A stretch of 64,000 bases of DNA from Marsupella aquatica (GCA_973895155.1 OZ316896.1:21699150-21763149); one strand, 5' to 3'; positions 35,746-50,350 are shown, numbered from the stretch's first letter. The notes: generated by a model not told the origin, from the sequence alone. Program-made: numbers and translations.

Positions 35746-37740
35746 ATCTTCTTCATTTTTAATGTAAAGACAATGTTATGTTAAGAGTAGTATCAAATGT
35801 TGATCTTGCTTTTGCTATTTCTATTGGAAAAGGAATTTCAAAAGGAAATAACTCTCAATCTAAAGTCTTCTTATGCCTGTCTTTGTAGCAAAGTTCCTTA
35901 GATAGAGTATCAATATTTACATCTTTTCAGTTGTCAAGATTTGAAAAAGTATTTACAAGTAAATATGAAACTCCAATTTTCAGGTCAAACAGTTCACTAA
36001 GTTTAGATCTGATGTTGCAAATTAGAACTTAAAATTCACTTTCTTTTATCTAGAAATAATTATTACAAATCAATTGACTAAGGTGAAATCTTGGAATTGA
36101 ACAAATGTTTGAAATCTAGGGTTATCACAACAAATATTAGCAATCACACTTCTGGACCATAAGGAGAGAAGAGAGGCAAACCTGTATTTCAAGTGTTGTC
36201 AAAAAGTTGAGCTTGTTATTGATTATAAAATAATTCGTAAATTCTCCCAAGTTTGTCTGGCAACCAAGAGTAAAATGTTCATCTCAAGAAAGGGTGAAGA
36301 GGGGGGCTCAACCATTGAATTGAAAGGACATTGGGCCACTTCACAACTAATAAAATCCTTACAAACTGTAATTATTCAACAAAACATGCAATGCTACAAA
36401 CCTACCTGGGTCACATGATGAGAGCCATACAAAAAATACTTTGCCACTTGATGTCCGCCTCCAAGCTTGAATGTCTCCTGTAAACAATACTCCCACCTAG
36501 CCTGAAGTATGCATTAAACCCCACTATGATCACCCTAGGCACACCAAAAGAGTCATGAGTTCAACCTCCAATCAGCCTCCACAAGCACAACAAATTAGTC
36601 CCTGAATATTGAACACAACATCACTAAATCTCCTATCCAACCTATTTTTGTTCAGTTTATTAGTTACAATCTCTACATAATGGAGAAAGCTACATTTAAT
36701 AATAAGACAAAATAACATCATAAAGTACAATTGATTACATAATCCACATCATGCAAGAAAACAAGTGTTCATAGTCCCATCAAAGTTGGTCTATATGACC
36801 TCTCTCTCCAACACCTATGATGATTCTACACTTATGGTTTTTGTCTTTGTTTCCATTTGTCATGATCATTAGGAAATTGATGCAAATTTTGTTTTATTAG
36901 CATTTATTAACAAATTGAATCTTCAAACTAAGTACGTTGCTCAAGATAATATCATAGATATTTACAATTAGTGATTCAATCCAAGCCGTCATTTTTCTTG
37001 TCGCATCCTCTTATTATTATAGATGAGCTTTAGATGTCATTCTTACCAAAATTAAATTTTATGCACATGAATTTAAAACGACAGATTTATAACGCTCCTT
37101 TCAATGCACTTTGGCAATCTGATCTAGCCTACATATATAGAACACTCCTTTGAATGCACTTTGACAATGTGATCTAGCCCATACACAACACTCTATTGAA
37201 TGCACAGTCCACACAAAAAAGAATTGAGCTGGACCCACATACTAGTTTTGTCTCCCACAGCTGGGTGTGGCAATGGATGCGGCTCAGCTATAATCTTCCT
37301 CTGACTAATTAAGTGCTCATTAATATTGCAGATCGATGTATATTCATTTTATGTACAGAAGTGCATAAACTTTGCCTACGCACTTATTTGTGTTTACTGC
37401 ATTTATTGGATAGTGTATCCTGTGATAGTACACTAAATTTACTGGATAGTGCATACAGTTGGCTCTTGTTAACTGCACAATCCTGGGCAAAGCATCCAAT
37501 GTGCACCTAAAGTGTGTTTGCATGACATGATAAGTGCAAACCCATAGAATTATGCGCACATTGATTGGTAAGGGACTATGCTTCCAGTGAACAGTCTCCT
37601 GACTCACAACCCAAATTGTACACCCCTCCCCAAAATTTGGTGTCCTAATCCATAAGTTTATTTTTTAATTTACTCTTTTTTCTAAAGGGCATGCGCTCTA
37701 TCAGAGAAAGGAATGTGAAGCTGTTAATATGATGAATGCA

Positions 37741-38038
37741 ACTTTCAGTATTTTGTCTTATTCAAACTTCTTTTGTCATGCATTTTTATTTCAATGTGTT
37801 TTACCAAGGTGCATCCCTTGTATAGTTTAGATTTCCAATTTATTCTGGCACCCCTCTAATTTTAATAAATCTTTGTTCTATTTTAAGATACTTTCAGTAT
37901 TCTGTCTTATTCAAACTGCTTTTGTCATGCATTTTTATTTCAATGTGTCTTACCAAGGTGCATCCCTTGTATAGTTTAGATTTCCAATTTATTCTGGCAC
38001 CCCTCTAATTTTAATAAATCTTTGTTCTATTTTAAGAT
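37741..38038. repeat. Near-perfect tandem duplication, 2 x 149 bp
   Basis: ACTTTCAGTATT.TGTCTTATTCAAACT...GTTCTATTTTAAGAT at 37741 and 37890. Confidence 0.92.
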
Positions 38039-39000
38039 CATCCACCCTGTAACAAAGCTTGTTGAATTTCTAGCCTTTATTCTCATGAGCACAGAATAAA
38101 TTTTCTAGCCTTTATTCTCATGAGTAGAAGAAATTGTCTAAATAATGTGCACACCTGATGTAGTTAAATACTACTTATGGTTTTGTGTCCTAAATTTATG
38201 GTTTTAATTATTTTGAGTGTGCTTAACGAAAAGTGTACATGTACAGCTATCAAAGTTTTGCACTTATAAATTGTCATTTACCAAAGTGTTTCGACAGGTG
38301 CCAAAGAAAGGTGCATGCTCAACGTAAAAGAAAGGAGCATTAGGCTTCCCAATAAATGCACATCTAAATATGACAATATAAGGTGTACTATATTACTCCA
38401 TACCACAATAAACCAAAATATTTTATTCAAAAATCACGTGAATGTTATTTTACATGTGAATCTAATACCCATTCTTTGAATGTTAATGTAAATGATGTCA
38501 AAAAATCACATAACATCACATCTTCACATGGTTCTTTCTTTAATTCCCTTCACATAAATTTGGGTGGGGCCCTAAAATCATAGTCTATAGGCTCTGGTCT
38601 CTTCACTCTAAAAGACTAGAGTCTAGCTTCTTCTCAATGCAATTTACTAGTAAGATGTATCTGGCTGTTTGGTTTTTACGGACCCCATGAAAGGTCCCTT
38701 CCAAAATTCCTGGCACCAAAGTGTGTCATGTCAACAACAACCGCAACAAACAAGACTTGTCAGTTTTTTAATCAAACTTATAGTTTTCATTCGTGTTTGT
38801 ATCAATTATTTTGGGTGTAAATTTTGGGATACCATGTTTTTAAAAGAAATGTAAAAATTTAGATATGCAAAGAGCAAGACGGGTAAAACTGTCACTGCGT
38901 AACTGTTTTAGTTCCCGTTTTAGTTACGTATCCAATTTCAAAAAGTAATTAAATTTATGGGGTCCGTAACTTACTTGATAACTTCCTTGTTAAAGGGTAA

Positions 39001-39372
39001 CTAGCCCCGACTACCCGTTCTTTGAACGTGAATAGCAGAGAGGACAATAAAGGAATTATTAAAATATATTTTTTATTCATATTCTTTGAAGATTAATGAA
39101 ATGATAAAAAAAACCTAACATTTTAATAGTCATATATAATATATCATTCTCCTTGATGTGCACATCAAGCTTTTTGTATGCACATCCATGTTCTATGCAC
39201 ATATGTTGTGGTGGGGCCATACTACCTATATATTTTGAATGTAAATATTTAAAAATTATCACATAAAACTGACATGTCCATACATCACAGTCATATCATA
39301 AGTTTTTCCCATGCACATGATGACCATAGAGTTATGGTCTAGAGGCTTCACTCTAGACCCTAGCTTGTGAAA
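39001..39372 (-). mobile_element. Non-autonomous Helitron-like element (copy 1)
   Basis: On the minus strand it ends CACGTTCAAAGAACGGG (hairpin)...CTAG|T. Homologous to 55253-55681. Confidence 0.7.
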
Positions 39373-41051
39373 GTAGGCTGCAGTCCGTGCTTTATTAGTA
39401 AGATTGGCACATGGAGTAAGATTTTTAGTGTTACTTTTGCAATTCATGCAAAATGCCAGCTATGGTAGGAACTTGAACTCAATATTAATTGTTTTTTCTA
39501 CAATTGCTGGATTTATTAATTATGGTCAGCAAGCTATACAAGCTGATACAATTCATTTGATCAGTCATTGATCTGGTTTCAAATGAACTTACCATAGATT
39601 GACTACTCTCGTAGCTTAAAATTTTGGTTACATGTAACGAAAAGGCCTGTGTCACACCATTATGAGTAGTAGTATAAGATATCGGACTATGTAGGTTTGA
39701 GGCTTTCATATGTGTGTTATCTAAGTGTTTTAAAGTTAGTGTATGTTTGTGAGGGATAGGTATATATCTCTTTGTGTTGGCTCAAAGGTCTCATCTTTTG
39801 ATGTTGAGCCTTTCGAGCACAAACTCTAGCGGCTATGGTGTGGCTGTCTAGGTTGTGTGTACGTAACGTGGATTCCTTGAGGCGCAAGGTGCGTTTGGCT
39901 TGATATAAGTGTGTGATCGCGTCGGACAGGATTGTGTGTTTGATTGGCATCAATCGTTGTTCGATTGCTCTTGAAGATTATTGTGGGTTTTGGACATGTG
40001 TGGATAGGAGTTCCACTTGTACTCCATTCTCTTATGTTTGTGATGTTGATTGTGACTATGCTTAGATATGTGTGACAAGCGATGTATGTTGTGTAGCGAT
40101 GTTTATGCGCACGACACCTGATTTTGACAATTGCTTGTGATAACCATGCTGTCAACTTTGGCTTGCAAAGCAAAGTATTCCTATGGCAGTTGAAAAAATG
40201 TCAAACTGCTTAGGCCATGGCTGAATGGGTCCACAATGATTTCGTGAGAAAGTCTAATCTAAACAATGCAAGCTGTAAATCTAGCATATTTATCCAACAC
40301 AACATGACTACCAACTTCTCTTCCTAATCAGACTTCTCTCTTCTGAAAGTTTAAGCACTGCCCTTCTCCATTTGGTGAATAGTTGCGTCAAGGTCACGAG
40401 GCTATCACCCTCTAATTCAAAACCTTGCCAAAGTCAGACTTCAGTGAAATTTCCAGAATTTCCAATTATTTGAAAGTACATTGACAAATTGGGCGACAAA
40501 TATTCTACAAAGAGAACTCAGCTACTAGAAAGCTTAGGGTTCCTTGTTGAGAAAAGCAAATTTCTCAATTGATCTAGAGAAAGTAGTCTTCTCAACTCAA
40601 ATTGAGTGCCCAGGGCAATTTAGTGGTCAAATATAGTGTCATCCAATGCCCAAATCAACTAATGTAAACAAAATTGTGCCTTGGGTTTATTAATTAGTGT
40701 TCTAAAATTAGTGAAAATATCTCATAGATCTTAAGTGTTTTAATGTGTGCTAGCAGAGCATTATGGACCATATTAGCCTCTCAAAACTCAAGCTAAATGC
40801 CCTTATTTTCCTGGTCATTATGAAGAAGATTGCAAAATCACATTTATATGAGGTAATTTCTCCTATGGTTTCATTAAAATTTGTCAAACTATCTCATCAT
40901 AATAATCTGTGATACCAAAGCATTTTGGACCATAGTAGCCTCTCACAACTTGAGTTAAAGCTAATATTACATACATTATTTTTGCTCAAACCAGGCCTCA
41001 AACAAAGCCAAAAAAATGTAACCAGGGGGTCCACAAACTAAATATATGTAA

Positions 41052-41438
41052 CCAGCCTCCATTACTCGTTCTTTGAATATGAATATTGGAGAGTACAATA
41101 AAAGTGTCATCAAAATGTATTCCCTATTCATATTCTTTGAAGGTTAATGAAATGATCTTTGAAGGTTAATGAAATGATAAAAAACAATCATGATGCATGT
41201 CAAAATTTTAATAATCATACATAGCATGCAATCCCCACATCCCTCTTTCTATTCACATATGTTATGGTGGGGCCATAAAGTCCATTTTTTGAATATAAAT
41301 AAAAATCATGACAAAACAGTAACAAAATATATATCTATGGTTATCATTTGTCATACATCATAGCCATGAGTGGGCCATGGAAGTAAGGTCTAGAAGCTTC
41401 AATATAATATAGAAATCTAAACCCCAACTCTAACTTGT
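41052..41438 (-). mobile_element. Non-autonomous Helitron-like element (copy 2, more decayed)
   Basis: Shares CGTTCTTTGAA..TGAATA, ATTCTTTGAAGGTTAATGAAATGA, TGGTGGGGCCATA and GGTCTAGAAGCTTC with the other copies. Confidence 0.6.
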
Positions 41439-42833
41439 ATTCATTTGAAACTTTAAATAAAATTACCAGGATGCAAAGAACATGACACCCTGCAAGTATC
41501 CGGGCTTTGCACTTAGATGGAGCCCACCTGGATAAGTGCAGGCCTTGGGCTGTTCTCGTGAAATGCTTGCTCCTCTCGTGAGACTGCAGCTCTTCTCGTG
41601 AGACTTCAATTCGACATGGTCGACAGTAATTTCAGTTCTCCGTTCGAAGAGGCGATTCGTCGGGTACCTGACCAAAGTACAGTCCTGCACTCGGCCTGGC
41701 CCAGATTCTGAGATAGGCCATTCAGAACTCTCACACTCTTAGAGTCTGGGAGTACGAACAGTTGCATTAAAGGTTTGCTCCTCCAGATTCACGGAGTCGA
41801 ATCTCAAATTCCCATGTAGAGCGATCGCTTCACCCGCCATCGTTAGATTCGCATGCGGTTCTAAGGATCCGGAAAAACCTTGATTCGCTTGATTGTGGTT
41901 GAGGCGGAAGCGAATCGAGCTGTAGGGCTCTACTCTATTAGAAGATGAGATTCAACGCCATTGTACTTGAGAATTCTGACTACGTGTCAACGTGAATGAA
42001 TGACTCGCATGCTTTTGTTTGATATCGAAGGGAATCGAGTTGCTTGCCTACATCACGAGATGAATTCCAAAGCAACTGTACTTAAGAATTCTGACTACGC
42101 GTCCACGTAAATGAATGGGAGGGCAGACTACGGATCGAGAGAGGAGAGGAGAGAGAGTTTGCAAAGGAATTTATGGACAGACTGAGGGAGCGAGACTCAG
42201 GGCCTGAGGATATCCAATTTTCCGGGAGAACCATACTACCACTACCACAGGTCCCGAGTTGGGAAATTTAACGACAACGGTTTCGGTCCGCTTTTTGAGC
42301 GACAGAAGAAAATACATCGTGTAAAGTAAGTACGGTGTTTGCTTCGGGCCCTGAATTGCCCTCGACTCCTGAGAGTTTACAGTCATCTAATAACGGAAGA
42401 TTGGGTTGCTCGCTGACGTCCGAGGTCGCTGGTCAGCTGACGACCGAGTCACTTGTCACCTGACCAGGTCTTTGTGGATCAAGGTTTTGCATTGGACGAT
42501 CGTCTAGACACGGTTGAGCTGTGGAGCTTGGGGGGGGAGCTGGGGGGAGCACGGTTTCTTAGATGGGTTCCTACCTGGAGAATGGAAAGTAGAGTCGTTC
42601 TCGGTGAGAGATTTGTAGTTGAGCTTCGGTGCTCTGCATAAACATGAGAGTAGTTGAGGTCGATCAGGCCTAATTGAGCTTCGGTGCTCACCAAAAACAT
42701 TCGAATAACAGCGACGAAAACTCGGCAGCTTGGACGTGCATAGATCCTGAAATCCTGCCCTCCTTGCAGAAGGTCGGGTCAGCAGTTCCTTCAGTCTTTG
42801 ATCAGAATAGAATCGGGGCTGACGGACTGAAAG

Positions 42834-45800
42834 ATGGCGACGCAAGACACCGCGGAAGTCTGGAATTTGGAGAATACGCCAACATGGGCTGTGGGCAGTG
42901 TGTGCGCGATTTTCGTCTCCATTTCCTTGATCTTCGTACTTGCAATTGAGAAGCTTGAGCATGTAAGTAAAATCTTCCTCGTGGTACACGCCTGACCTTC
43001 ATATAATCTGCTTTCTATTATTGAGTCTCGATTTAATTGCAGGGCTTGCACTTTCGTATTAAATTAAGAATCTGGACATGAATCGAAAGAAAACTAGCCC
43101 AAGTTGTAGGCGTGGTCTTGATTTGGTTTGCGTAGCTGGATGAGAAGCCGGCTTGCCTAATTGTCTTTCCTTTATAGAGAGAGGATGGGTCGGGATGCTC
43201 TTACTGGGCGGACAAGCGGAGCTTTAGGGCGACAGTGTGCAGGTGGCTCGAATATTGGCATGTGTAGATAAATCCTGTGGGACTGACCCAATAGATAGTT
43301 TTGTCGCCCAAATAATTCTCACAATCCATTTCAAACCCTTCCACCATATTTAATTTCGTTGGTCTGCGATTGAGGTCAACAGAAACAAACTCCTGTTGTT
43401 ACAGAGTCTAAAAGGTCATGTCTTTAGAGTATGAATCCGTAATTCCTGTGTGGGGCTCACAAGAACTATTATTGAGATTGGGTTCTTTCTCCTGTGGATT
43501 TGCAGTATCTCAAACACAAGAACCGCAAACCACTCGTGCAGGCACTTGACAAACTGAAAGAAGGTAAGCCTCTGTTCCAATCTTCCCTTTCTTTCTGGTT
43601 GGCAGATTGAGCGTGCTCTGTCTTTCGTTGTAGGACTAGTAGGACCGGGTAACCCTTTCAAGAGGTGTCGAAGTTTGCATTAGGTTCTCTTTTATGTTGA
43701 AATGATGCTCAGTGAATGTTTCCTTCCCGGGGCAAAAGTCATGTTAATCACTTGTGACTTCAAATCCGAAGAAAAATTCTGCACACTTTTTATACGGTTT
43801 TAACTTCAGAGCGTTAATGTATTCAAACAATAGCCTTACAGCTATCGCTGGATACGAATGATGACATGAGCCATTTGTTTCCGTTTGGTTTGCAGAATTA
43901 TTGCTACTGGGATTCATATCTCTCCTGCTCGCGGTGTTTCAAAATTACGTCGCAAGTATATGCGTCAAAACTAGTTTATTGGAGGATTGGCGTCCCTGCA
44001 AACTCCAGACGAAAGGGGCTTCGGGAGGATCAGAAAATGTTACCGAAGGGAAGCGAAGACTGTTGGCAACTGATTCGTGGCCGATGATTGATTGGCGCGA
44101 CGAGCCACTTTTCCATGGCCGGATCCTCGGTCAAAGTGCTCCCAAAGCTTGCCATGCTGTATGTACATGAAATTCTCAGGCAGATTTTAGACGACCAAAT
44201 TCGTTGTTTTCACATTAATTTATCACCTTCAACTTCAGCCGGCGTCTGGGTATATGCATGCGTGTGCTGAAGCACACGATCTTTCTCCCTTATCAGCGAT
44301 CTGCCTGATTTTCGAGCACTCTGCTTGGGCAGCATGACCTGTTCAATGATGAACAATGATGAACACGAGGTCTGTCCGATTCCCACGGATCTGACTGACG
44401 ATTTTGAGTGTTTCCTACCAAATCTTTCCGACCAAATCTTTCCGAGGGCAGATATTGAAAATCCGAACTTTTGTTGCAGGGAGCTACCGCGTTAGTATCG
44501 GTTGAGACCTTGGCACAGCTGCACACATTCATCTTTGTCCTGGCTGGCGTGCACGTAATCTACAGTTTGTTTGCAATGCTGCTGGCCTCCACCAAGGTGA
44601 ACAGGTGGAGAGTGTGGGAAGAGGAGGCACATCAGGACACCAACGATACCTTGGGCGAAGCTGTGAGGTCACTGTCGATGCACCGGCAAACAACGTTCAT
44701 CAAGTACCACACTTCCAAGCCTCTTACCACGAACCGGTTCTTTGGCTGGTTGATTTGCTTCTTCCGACAATTCGGCAAGTCGGTTGTGCGCTCAGATTAC
44801 CTTGCTCTCCGCCTCGGATTCATCGGAAGTCACAACACGGGTCAAAGTTTCGATTTTCATAGCTATATTATCCGATCCCTTGAAGATGAATACCAGGACG
44901 TGGTAGGGATCAGGTAACCAGCTTCACCCCTTCGCACTTGTCTCATTTATTTTCTTCAATTTGATAGGTAATTCTACAACTCAAACATATGATGAAAGGA
45001 TCCTTGATTTTAACGTTCTGCCATCGTTTTGTTGTGCTGCCAGTCCCTCCCTCTGGTTATTCGTGATCCTCTTCATGCTCATCAATGCTGCCGGAACAAA
45101 CCTCTTCTTCTGGCTTTCTTTGATCCCTGGAGTGGTATGCCCTTTACTCCTTAGTTTTCGATCTTCTCCTCAAAATATATAGATCACCAACTTGCAATCA
45201 AGATAGCCAAGATGTAGAAGAAAATGAAGCAAATAGAAATTAAGTGCGAGGCAAATCAAACTTGAGGCATTCATTCAAAACAGTAAGTCATTCAAAACAG
45301 TACATTCATTCAAGACAGTACATTCAAACATAGTTTATTCATCCTGTTTAGACCAAACCCAAGTTAGGAAAATGGGCTGTAGTTCTGTTGGATTGAGATG
45401 TTGATGCCGTTCACTTTGTTGTACTTGAAGCTAGTTCTGTTGGTGGGAGCTAAGCTACAGCACGTTATAGCGACTTTGGCGTGGGAGAGCGCAGGACTCA
45501 ATCCGAATGGCGTGTACTCTGGACCGACAGTAAAGCCGCGAGATGATCTATTCTGGTTCAAAAGACCTACGCTGATTCTCTATTTGATCCACTACATCTT
45601 TTTCCAGAATGCGTTCGACATGGCAACTTTCATCTCATACGTGGTGAGTGTTTTTTCGCTGATCACGTAGAATTCTTGATGACATCGCCGGAAGAATTGG
45701 GAAGTGATCCTTCTTCTCCTTTGATCTCGCAGTGGCAATTCGGTTTGAATTCGTGCCTTCTGAGCAACAAAGGCTATGTGTATGCTCGCCTTGCGATCGG

Positions 45801-46653
45801 AGTGATCGTGCAGATAATATGCAGCTACAGCACTCTACCACTTTATGCTCTTGTCACTCAGGTATCCACCAATTCGTCTCTTAAAATTATTTTCTCCGTC
45901 TTCTCTACAAGGTAGCAATCTGTAGGACATTCTCAGTGCGCATGAAAATGGATGGATTAGCTCACTTTGCAACTTTCACAATTGAAGCTCAATTGATGTT
46001 CTAGAAGACTTTAGAACTCACACGACTAGATGGGGAAGGAAAATGACGAGTCTGCACTGTCTTATTTCTCTCCACCCCGCTTCTCTGGTGAGATAGATCT
46101 CTATTGATTTCAACTTCCACAGGCCATTCCCGATTTCTGTTGCTCCCTGGACCTTTGTTTTCTGAGGACCTAAGGAACGTGCCTTTGTATGCCTGGACAG
46201 ATGGGATCTCACTACAAGCGAGCTATCTTCCACGAGCACGTGAAGGAGAAACTTCGCCATTGGAAAAAGGGTGCAGCGAGGAGGCTGAAACACGGTACAC
46301 TGACAGGAGATTCTCCAGATGGATCCACTCATAGTGAAAATAGGCGAAGCGTAGACTTCAGTTCACCTGATGAACTTGAATTCGAAACTATGCATGACAG
46401 CGGGAATGGCGACCGGGAGAACAGGGAGCTGTCTCACGCATATTCACCGGACCCCAAGTTCTCAACCCTGGAGATCATCGGTGAGAATGACGGCAATCCT
46501 CTTTTGGTCCCCGAGGCCCCGCTGCAGTCGTACACCCGGGCTAAAAGCGTTCCTAGAATCCCTACACAGCACGTTTCGAAGAAATTCTACAAGCAATTCT
46601 CCACAGATCCGAAGGCAGGCAGCAGTGTCCGCTTCCACGAAGACTCACCTTAG
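42834..46653 (+). CDS. MLO: MLO-family seven-transmembrane protein; exons about 42834-42962, 43506-43563, 43896-44158, 44480-44913, 45044-45134, 45431-45643, 45733-45861, 46201-46653
   Basis: LENTPTWAVGSVC, ELLLLGFISLLL, QLHTFIFVLAGVHV, CFFRQFGKSVVRSDYLALRLGFI, FDFHSYIIRSLEDEY, KPRDDLFWF, SYSTLPLYALVTQMGS, LRHWKK. All inferred introns are GT..AG. Confidence 0.95.
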
Positions 46654-47257
46654 ATTAGGTCCATTCACTCACCGTTTATTCATTCATTCAAACATGCTTT
46701 GAATCCAGGGCCAGGAAACACTTGCTCGTCAATGTGCAAACACTAGGAGATTGGGCTCTTGTAAACATAGAAAGAGAGTTGGTCGGGTAGCAAACAGTCA
46801 GTGGAAAGCTGTTATCAAAACTAGATAACATTTTGTTTGGGTCCACTTTGCACTCCAATGCTGAGGGACTGTGCACACCAGCTGCGGACAGGTTTGGGTT
46901 TTAAACAATTTTGCAATTCGAGTTCACAGTAGATACCCATCGCAAATGTCCATAGGTTCAGAAATTGTGTATGAAGATGGACACGGTTTTTATTTCTTCC
47001 CTTGCAATTCAGGATCAAGTAGGGCATGCATGATTTCTGTTCTCTGTGTTTATCTCCGAGGGAGACAAGACTCTAATTATCCCCGTGCAGCTTCAAACAA
47101 GCATTTACTATATTCAAACTAGTTCGGACAAGGGATACAATCAAACGGCATTGCTAACAAAAACAGGATATGAATTATGGTGAATAAAAGCAGATGACAG
47201 AGTCGAATGGGAGACACGAAACGGAGCATCTTTCTTCTCTAATACTTGTATTAAGCG

Positions 47258-48025
47258 ATCATGGAAGACCTTATGCGAAACAGGGACTTAGCTGCCAACG
47301 CTTGTACTGGAACAGAATCTATCAAGCCAGATGATATCCCGGGGAACACAAACTAGCACCGAACTGGCAAAGCGTCGAGTGACCCCTGCCTTCATCGTGG
47401 GGGTCAATATTCCATGTTTTCAACTTGCTATGTTTAATCCTACACAATTTTCAGAAGCAATGCATGGTTTACAGGGGACTCCTCTTGTGACAGCATTTGA
47501 AGTTTGCATAAGATAGAACAAATGATAAGATGTAAATCAACGAGACTCACAACACATGCCCGAAGATTTCACCACAGCACAGTATCTGGAATGTGTCCTC
47601 CCAACCGAGTCCTACACAACTTGAACTCCAATATAATTGTTACTTCTGTCACTCGGGTAACAAAGTTCTCGTTCGAATAGATAACAACATGATCTGCTAC
47701 GTCCTCGTTTGCTTGCGTTGCTTACAACTCTGTCGACACTGCAGCGATCAGACACATTAGGCTGCAACGAATTAGGTTTGCTGCATGCAATTGGAGCTGT
47801 TCATTGAGCCAGACTTGATTCGAGCTGAAACAGTCTTTCTTCAGGGCTGGGGCTGTAGACTGATAGCAGGGACGGAACCTCTGGTCTCAGCTGAGTCCGG
47901 TGCCGAATTGTAGAAGGACTAGTGACCCAAGGTTTGGAGCCAGAGGTGCTTTCCTGGAACATGGAGACGCCCGAGCATCTACATGGCGTCGACATGTCCA
48001 ACTCTCACATTTCGAAATCCAAAAA
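47258..48025 (-). pseudogene. Decayed partial duplicate of the quinone oxidoreductase gene at 52311-54878
   Basis: 47260-47410 matches 52500-52650, 47540-47750 matches 52870-53085, and 47940-48020 matches intron sequence at 54365-54460. It has indels and missing exons. Confidence 0.85.
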
Positions 48026-49516
48026 TGCTGAACTTACTCCGTGTCCGCCGCGAGTGAATGTGAATGCGGAAGAACAACTATGGAGGTCGATCAAATAAGC
48101 AGGATGAAACACTAAACATCCCACAACCTGCTTACCGTATATCCGGCATGATCCGAAGCACGCTGCTTGCCCGACCCAATCTGCAAACCTACTCTCAGTA
48201 GCCGGATCGGCGAAAAATCAAAGATTTTAAGAGCATTTCATCTGTTTGCTGGACGCGTGCACTCTGCGAAGCGGCATTCGCCATAGTGAGCCTCTTTCCA
48301 GTTTCCATCATAATAATTGCAGCGGCAAGCACTGAACCCGCGGCAATTCGTGACGCCAGAGTTCCTGGCCAGCAGTTCACCATGGCTAGCGCCAAATACT
48401 TGACGAATTGAACTCCTGTGAAGGAACTAATTCGCCTCAACTCCCGTGAGGTTTTCCCCTAGCAGGAAACCTCCAGTCGCGAACCCTAATCCTTTCATAC
48501 AGCACGCACACAGACAAGCTTGAGGTTGTACTGCATGTTCCACAGCGGAACCAGATTCGGACAAGCGGACAAGTGAAACAAGCAGGCTCGAGGTTTTTCG
48601 GGTGGGTTGCAAGCCAGACACTCAAACATGAACTTCCAATGTGAAATTCGAGTGCTTTGTCCGCTTTCTAATTGCCTCCATGCACTATCCGCCACCGGAG
48701 CGCTGTGATTTTGAGGAGGTTAAAAACATTTCCAGACGGACCAAGAGTGTAATGACTCCCCACAGTCCCCGTCGTTCATGGATTCTCTGACTCTCTGCTA
48801 CACCATCCCCAGAGCCAGAGACTCGGAGCCCATATCCTCTTTGTTGACCCACGAGGTACGCCCCTAGTCGGCCAGTCCCTTATATCATTCTCATCCCAGA
48901 AAGACAGACAGTACTGAACTACAGTGCTCGCATTCTTCCGAACCTGTGCTACAGTTCCATGCTAGGCTACAAGAAACCAACAATGTTGGTTGGACTTGGA
49001 GCTTGGTGCAATTCACTAGACTTGCACCCTCAGAGGGTTGATGGTATGCCTTGGACGAGCACTGGGGCAGGTCTTCCCAGGGAAGGATTTGTCAATGGGT
49101 TTCGAATGATTGGCGCGTGGATGCTTTGCAGTCTGCCGATTGCACAGCAACACCAAATCTTATCGCCTCCCCTGCCTACTCGGCACTCGCCTTCTGCTCT
49201 CTGGGCCCCCCACGACTCGCTTTTGCTTTATTTGTCTTGAACGGTAAATGCTCAAGAGGTAAAGCGAACAAGAGACCTCCTTGTTTTCCGCTCGTTGCTT
49301 CTCCTTTAGCTCGTCTGATCCATATTTCGATTCAGAGGACGAGCTCGTCCACGCATCCGTGAATCCGTTCTGACCTCGGCACGAGTGATGTCTCCGGAAC
49401 GAAAGTTGAAGGGGCTTCATTGTCTCCCAGGAGCACTCTAGCCCGAGGACCGACGAAGCTGTTGGAGATTTTGGAGACTCTGAGGATTAGGGTGTCGTGA
49501 AGCCCACCGAGCGGTG

Positions 49517-50350
49517 ATGGAGGCAATTCAAGCTGGAGCGAGGGCTACTGCGATCGGGCCGGCGGTCGCCGTGGTCGATTCCTACTGCGCGACGTCGTCG
49601 TCTTCGTCCTCCCGAGCGCCTTCCGCTCGAGCTTTTCTGTCTCGGAAAACGCTCTCGTGCTCAGGTTTGTCATCTTCGTCCTCTGGAGCCATAGCTGTGA
49701 GCTCGTTTTGCTACAATGCTCTTGCAGCCAAGGTACCTGAGGCCGAGAATGGGAGCAAAGGACATCGGGGCGTCATCACTATGAGGTCGGACACCGCAGC
49801 TGGAGGATACGCGACTGCTCTGGCGGAGCTTGCTCAGTCGACCGATCAATTGGAGGCCATTCACAAAGACGTTGAGAGCTTTGGCGACATTTTGAAGAAC
49901 CCCGAGATTTACGAGTTTCTAGTAAGCCCCGTGGTCATAGACGAGAAGAAGAAGAGCATTCTGAAGACCTTGGCCGACGACGCCAAGTTCAACCCGTTTA
50001 CGCTCAACTTCTTCTATGTCCTCATTGATAAGAAAAGGTTCGGCCTCATCAACGACGTTGTGAAGGAGTTCTCTACAATCTACTACGAGTTAACGAACAC
50101 GGAGCTTGCTACAGTGGCATCGGCTGTCAAAATTGAGAAGGCTCAATTGGCTCTCATTGCCAAGAAGATTCAGACCCTGAGCAAATCAAAGAACGTTCGG
50201 ATTAAGAATGTCATCGATCCCTCGTTGATTGCGGGTTTCATTGTGAAGTATGGAAAGGATGGATCCTGCTTCGTGGACATGAGTGTCAAAGGGCAGTTAG
50301 ATCGCTTGGCTCTGCAGTTTGAAAACGCCGAGAAAGTGGGAGCATTTTAG
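49517..50350 (+). CDS. ATPD: Chloroplast ATP synthase CF1 delta subunit precursor, intronless
   Basis: Ser/Ala-rich transit peptide, then TAAGGYATALAELA...IDPSLIAGFIVKYGKDGSCFVDMSVKGQL (plant AtpD signature). Confidence 0.95.
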   Translation: MEAIQAGARATAIGPAVAVVDSYCATSSSSSSRAPSARAFLSRKTLSCSGLSSSSSGAIAVSSFCYNALAAKVPEAENGSKGHRGVITMRSDTAAGGYATALAELAQSTDQLEAIHKDVESFGDILKNPEIYEFLVSPVVIDEKKKSILKTLADDAKFNPFTLNFFYVLIDKKRFGLINDVVKEFSTIYYELTNTELATVASAVKIEKAQLALIAKKIQTLSKSKNVRIKNVIDPSLIAGFIVKYGKDGSCFVDMSVKGQLDRLALQFENAEKVGAF

